The notes under the pieces are model-generated. The model saw nothing but the letters and a program-made list of their open reading frames with translations. It did not search any database and was not told where the DNA came from. The translations under genes were made by a program, and so were the position numbers. DNA of 64,000 nt from contig CAVSXF010000007.1 in NCBI GenBank assembly GCA_963731905.1, forward strand, positions 2,535,830 through 2,599,829, in the 5' to 3' direction. This document shows, piece after piece, positions 60,535-64,000 of this stretch (its first letter is position 1; every line of letters starts with the position of its first letter). The stretch comes from an uncultured Acidimicrobiaceae bacterium (GTDB lineage Bacteria > Actinomycetota > Acidimicrobiia > Acidimicrobiales > RAAP-2).

Positions 60535-62711
60535 CTAGCGGATCAGCGGGTCGCGGGGCAGGCCGAGGATGCGCTCGGCGATCTGGTTGCGGGTGATCTC
60601 GGAGGTGCCACCCGCGATCGACATGGCCCGGGTCGCCAGCTGCGTGTAAGCCGGCCAGTGCGTCCTCGCCGTCGAGGAACGCCGTCGCCTCTCCGACCAG
60701 GTCGGCCTGCAGGCGCGCCCGGTCGTGGCCGTGCTCGGCCAGCACCAGCTTCGTGACGTTGCCCTCGGGGCCGGGGCCCGCGCCGACCACCGCACGCTGG
60801 GCCCGGCGCAGGTTCAGCGCCTTGAGCGCGTGCTCCTTGGCCAGGATCGCCGCCGATGCGTGCGGACGCACCGGGGACGCGAGTCGCCGCCCGCGCTTGC
60901 GCAGGGCCAGGAGGTCCATCGGCAGGAAAGATGCCGCCCGTGCCGCCGCCGATGGACACGCGCTCGTTGCCGAGCGTCGAGCGGGCCACCGTCCAGCCGT
61001 CGTTGACGGTGCCGACGACGTCGTCGTCCGGCACGAAGACGTCGTTGAAGAAGACCTCGTTGAAGTCCGCGTTGCCGGTGATCTGGCGCAGCGGGCGCAC
61101 CTCGACACCCGGCGCGTGCATGTCGATCACCATCGCCGTGATACCCGAGTGCTTCGGTGCGTCGGGGTCGGTCCGCACGGTGGCCAGGCCGAGGTGGCAG
61201 TACTGGGCACCGCTCGTCCACACCTTCTGGCCGTTGACCTTCCACCCGCCCGTCGACCCGGGTACCCCGCGTCTTGACCGCGGCGGCGTCCGAGCCGGCG
61301 TCGGGCTCGCTGAAGAGCTGGCACCAGACGTACTCGCCCATCAACGTCTTGTGGACCCAGCGCTCGACCTGGTCCGGCGTCGCGTACTGGTTGACCGTCA
61401 TGATGTTCCAGCCCGTGATGCCGAGGCCCGGGACCTTGACGCCCGCCGCCCGCATCTCCTCGTCGATGACGATCTGCTCGACGGCGCCGGCGTCGCGACC
61501 CCAGGGCTTGGGCCAGTGCGGCACCAGAAGCCCGGCATCGACCAGCGCCTTGCGCCGCTCCTTCTTGTCCGCAGAGGGCACCGATGCGAGCCGCCTCGGC
61601 GCGGATCTCGGTCCGGATGGCCTCGGCCTCGGGCGGCAGGTCGAGCGTCACGTCGCGCGTCGTCCCACGCTCGGCCTCGGCCGTCACGTCCTCGGCGTCG
61701 TCGGGCGAGCCCAGCAGCGCGTTGAGCGCGAGTGCCCGGCGCAGGAACAGGTGGGCGTCGTGCTCCCAGGTGAAGCCGATGCCGCCGTGCACCTGGATGT
61801 TCATCTGCGCGTTGTGGACGGCCGGCGCGAAGGCCAGGTGCGCCGCCATCGCCGCGGTGAGGTCGAACTCGTCGAGCGTGTCGGCCGCGGCGCGGGCGGC
61901 GTCCCACACGGTCGCGGTGGCCAGCTCGGTCGCCACGAGCATGTCGGCGCAGTGGTGCTTGACGGCCTGGAAGGTCCCGATGGTCCGGCCGAACTGCACG
62001 CGCTCCTGCGCGTAGGCGACGGCCATGTCCGTGCAGGCGGCCATGACGCCGGCGGCCTCGGCGGCACCGAGCGTGCGGGCCAGGGCGCGGGCGCGGCGGG
62101 CCGCGCCGGCGAGCACGTCGGTCTCGGCGACCGTCACGGACGAGACCGCCGCGGCGGCCGAGCGGCGGGACGGGTCGATGTCCTGATCGCGGCGCCGAGC
62201 GTGAGGCCGTCGGCGTCGCTCCGGCACGATGACGATGTCGTCGCCGGCCCGCAGCAGCAGGAGGTCGGCGCCCCTGCCGCCGAGCACGATCCCGCCGTCC
62301 CCGTCGAGCGTCCGCCCGTCGAGGGTCAGCGAGCCGCCGAGGCCGAGCGCCGCCGTCACCGAACCGTCGGCGAGCGCCGGGAGGTAGGCGGCCTGTTGCT
62401 CGGGATTCCCGCACTGCGCGATCACCGCCGACGCCAGCACGGTCGGCAGGAACGGACCCGGCGCGACCTGGCGGCCGAGCTCCTCGAGGATGACGACGAG
62501 CTCGCTCAGCGATGCGCCCCCTCCCCCGTGCTCCTCGGGCAGGTGCACGCCGAGCAAGCCGAGGTCGGCCATCTCCTGCCAGAACGAGGGCCGGGGCTCG
62601 TCCGCCGACTCGAGGAGCGCCCGGTTGGCCGCCAACGCGCCCTGGGCGGAGAGCAGCGCCCCGCACCGTGGCGCCCAGCTCCTGGTGCTCGTCCGTGATC
62701 GCGATCGGCAT
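60535..62711 (-). pseudogene. Two-domain (about 720-aa) acyl-CoA dehydrogenase; at least 6 frame changes
   Basis: ATG at 62711 (MPIAITDEHQELG). The first ACAD unit is in ORF 61127-62635 (FGRTIGTFQAVKHHCADM). The second unit is in fragments (QLFSEPDAGSD; GNADFNEVFFNDVFVPDDDVVG; IAGGTSEITRNQIAERILGLPRD-stop at 60535). Confidence 0.8.
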
Positions 62712-62898
62712 TGGTCGCCCCCTTGTCGGTGCCCGCCAGCGTTGCGACGCTACAAAACAGCGGTCCGGGCGCCCAAGTCGGGCGGGCTACGCTGTCATCG
62801 TGCTGTAGAGCTCTGACGTCGCCCCGCCGGCCCGCCACCGACGCCGTGCGCCCTCGTCGTTCTCGTCCTTGTCCCGCGTCCGGACCCGGAGCTCTGCC

Positions 62899-64000
62899 AT
62901 GCCTTCTCGCACTTCTCGTTCACCATCCCGGCGAACATCCCCGCCGACTTCCACCTCGCTGGCCACGACGGCCACCCTGACCGCCCGCCAATTGCGCTTC
63001 GAGCGCGGCGGCCAGACGGTCCTCGACGGCGTGTCGCTGACCGTCGGCCCCGAGACCTGCCTCGGCGTGGTCGGCCCCAACGGCGTCGGCAAGTCGACGT
63101 TGCTGCAGCTCCTCGCGGGCCTGCTCGAGCCGGCGGACGGCGGGGAGGTCCGCGTCGACCCGCCGACGGCAACGGTGGGCTACCTCAGCCAGGAGCACAG
63201 CCACGACGCCGGGCGAGACGGTGCGCGACGCGCTGTACAGGAGGACCGGTGCCGCCGCGGCCGAGGCGGAGATGACCAGGGCGGCGGCCGCCCTCGGCGA
63301 GGGGCGGCCCCAGGCCGAGGACGACTACGCGACGGCGCTGGCGCGCTACGAGTCGCTCGGCGCCGCCGATTTCGAGGCGCGGCTGGCGGGCGTGCTCGAG
63401 CAGGTGGGGCTGCCGAACCGGCGATGGCGGAGCGGAGCAGCGGTGCGCTGTCGGGCGGGCAGGAGGCGCGGGTCGCGCTGGCGGCGATCCTGCTGGCGCG
63501 CTTCGACATCACGTTGTTGGACGAGCCGACGAACGATCTGGACTTCGACGGGTTGGCCCGGCTGGAGGAGATGGTGGCGCGGCGGCGGGGCGGCATGGTG
63601 ATCGTGTCGCACGACCGGGCGTTCCTCGACGGGACCGTGACCGACGTGCTCGAGATCGAGGAGCACACGCGGCGGGGTCGCCTGTACGGGGGCGGCTGGG
63701 CCGGCGTATCTCGCCGAGCGGGCGGCCGACCGCGCCCATGCCGAGGAGGCGTACGCCGTGTACGAGTCGCAGCGGACCGACCTGGCGCGGCGCGCCCAGC
63801 GCGAGCGGCAGTGGGCCACGTCGGGCGTGAGCAAGGAGAAGAAGAACCCGCGCGACAACGACAAGGCGCAGCGCGACTTCCGCATCAACCGCACCGAGCG
63901 GCTGGCGTCGCGGGCGCGGCGCACCGAGCGCGCCATGGAGGCGCTCGAGGTGGTCGAGAAGCCCTGGGAGGGCTGGGACTTGCGCTTCAGTATCAACGAG
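62899..64000 (+). pseudogene. ABC-F family ATPase (partial, runs off the right edge); at least 3 frame changes
   Basis: ATG at 62899. Walker A GPNGVGKSTLL, signature LSGGQEARVAL, Walker B LLDEPTNDLD, VSHDRAFLD, and a linker with KKNPRDNDKAQRDFRINR. The pieces lie in different frames. Confidence 0.75.

Overview
This is a high-G+C chromosomal segment (roughly two-thirds G+C by eye, not computed). It looks actinobacterial. The protein families and a 42-aa [22 protein letters not shown] repeat remind me of Acidimicrobiia-like Actinomycetota, but the taxon is inference only.

Gene content, left to right:
- A partial MBL hydrolase, a serine hydrolase and an FkbM methyltransferase.
- A branched-chain amino-acid type ABC importer (SBP-livH-livM-livG-livF), then a large secreted protein and a small membrane protein.
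- A Wzx/Wzy-type polysaccharide locus at 11.3-22.3 kb: GH16, flippase, GDP-mannose 3,5-epimerase, two GT4, GT61/DUF563, a methyltransferase, an O-antigen-ligase-domain protein and a chain-length determinant.
- A CocE/NonD hydrolase, an MFS transporter and a FadD-like acyl-CoA synthetase.
- A glycan/glycolipid tailoring module at 28.3-35.8 kb: putative GT-A transferase, sulfotransferase, TylF O-methyltransferase and two tandem hexapeptide acyltransferases, divergent from ACP, AMP-ligase and SDR.
- A diiron-type MBL protein, a nitrobindin-like protein and a TrpF-like isomerase.
- An NYN protein plus an ABC-2 exporter, a MarR regulator plus a DHA2 MFS transporter, and a PrmC-like methyltransferase.
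- A visibly lower-G+C stretch (43.7-58.0 kb) with small orphan proteins and secreted repeat proteins.
- A very GC-rich block with a polytopic membrane protein, YdcF, a two-domain acyl-CoA dehydrogenase and a partial ABC-F ATPase.

I recognised no rRNA, tRNA, CRISPR array, transposase or integrase.

Roughly half of the genes have interrupted reading frames, and the interruptions cluster in blocks. Where I could resolve them they are single-nucleotide indels, mostly in short mononucleotide runs. I call these genes pseudogene-like in this assembly but suspect consensus errors.

The most interesting items are:
- the carrier-protein-dependent sulfo/methyl/acyl tailoring module;
- a bacterial GDP-mannose 3,5-epimerase inside the Wzx/Wzy locus;
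- a 14-17 nt motif (CCGGCGTACGGGGGCAC) present five times, only in intergenic DNA;
- two secreted repeat (propeller-like) proteins;
- the block-wise frameshift pattern.

All family assignments come from motif recognition by eye. No database search was run.
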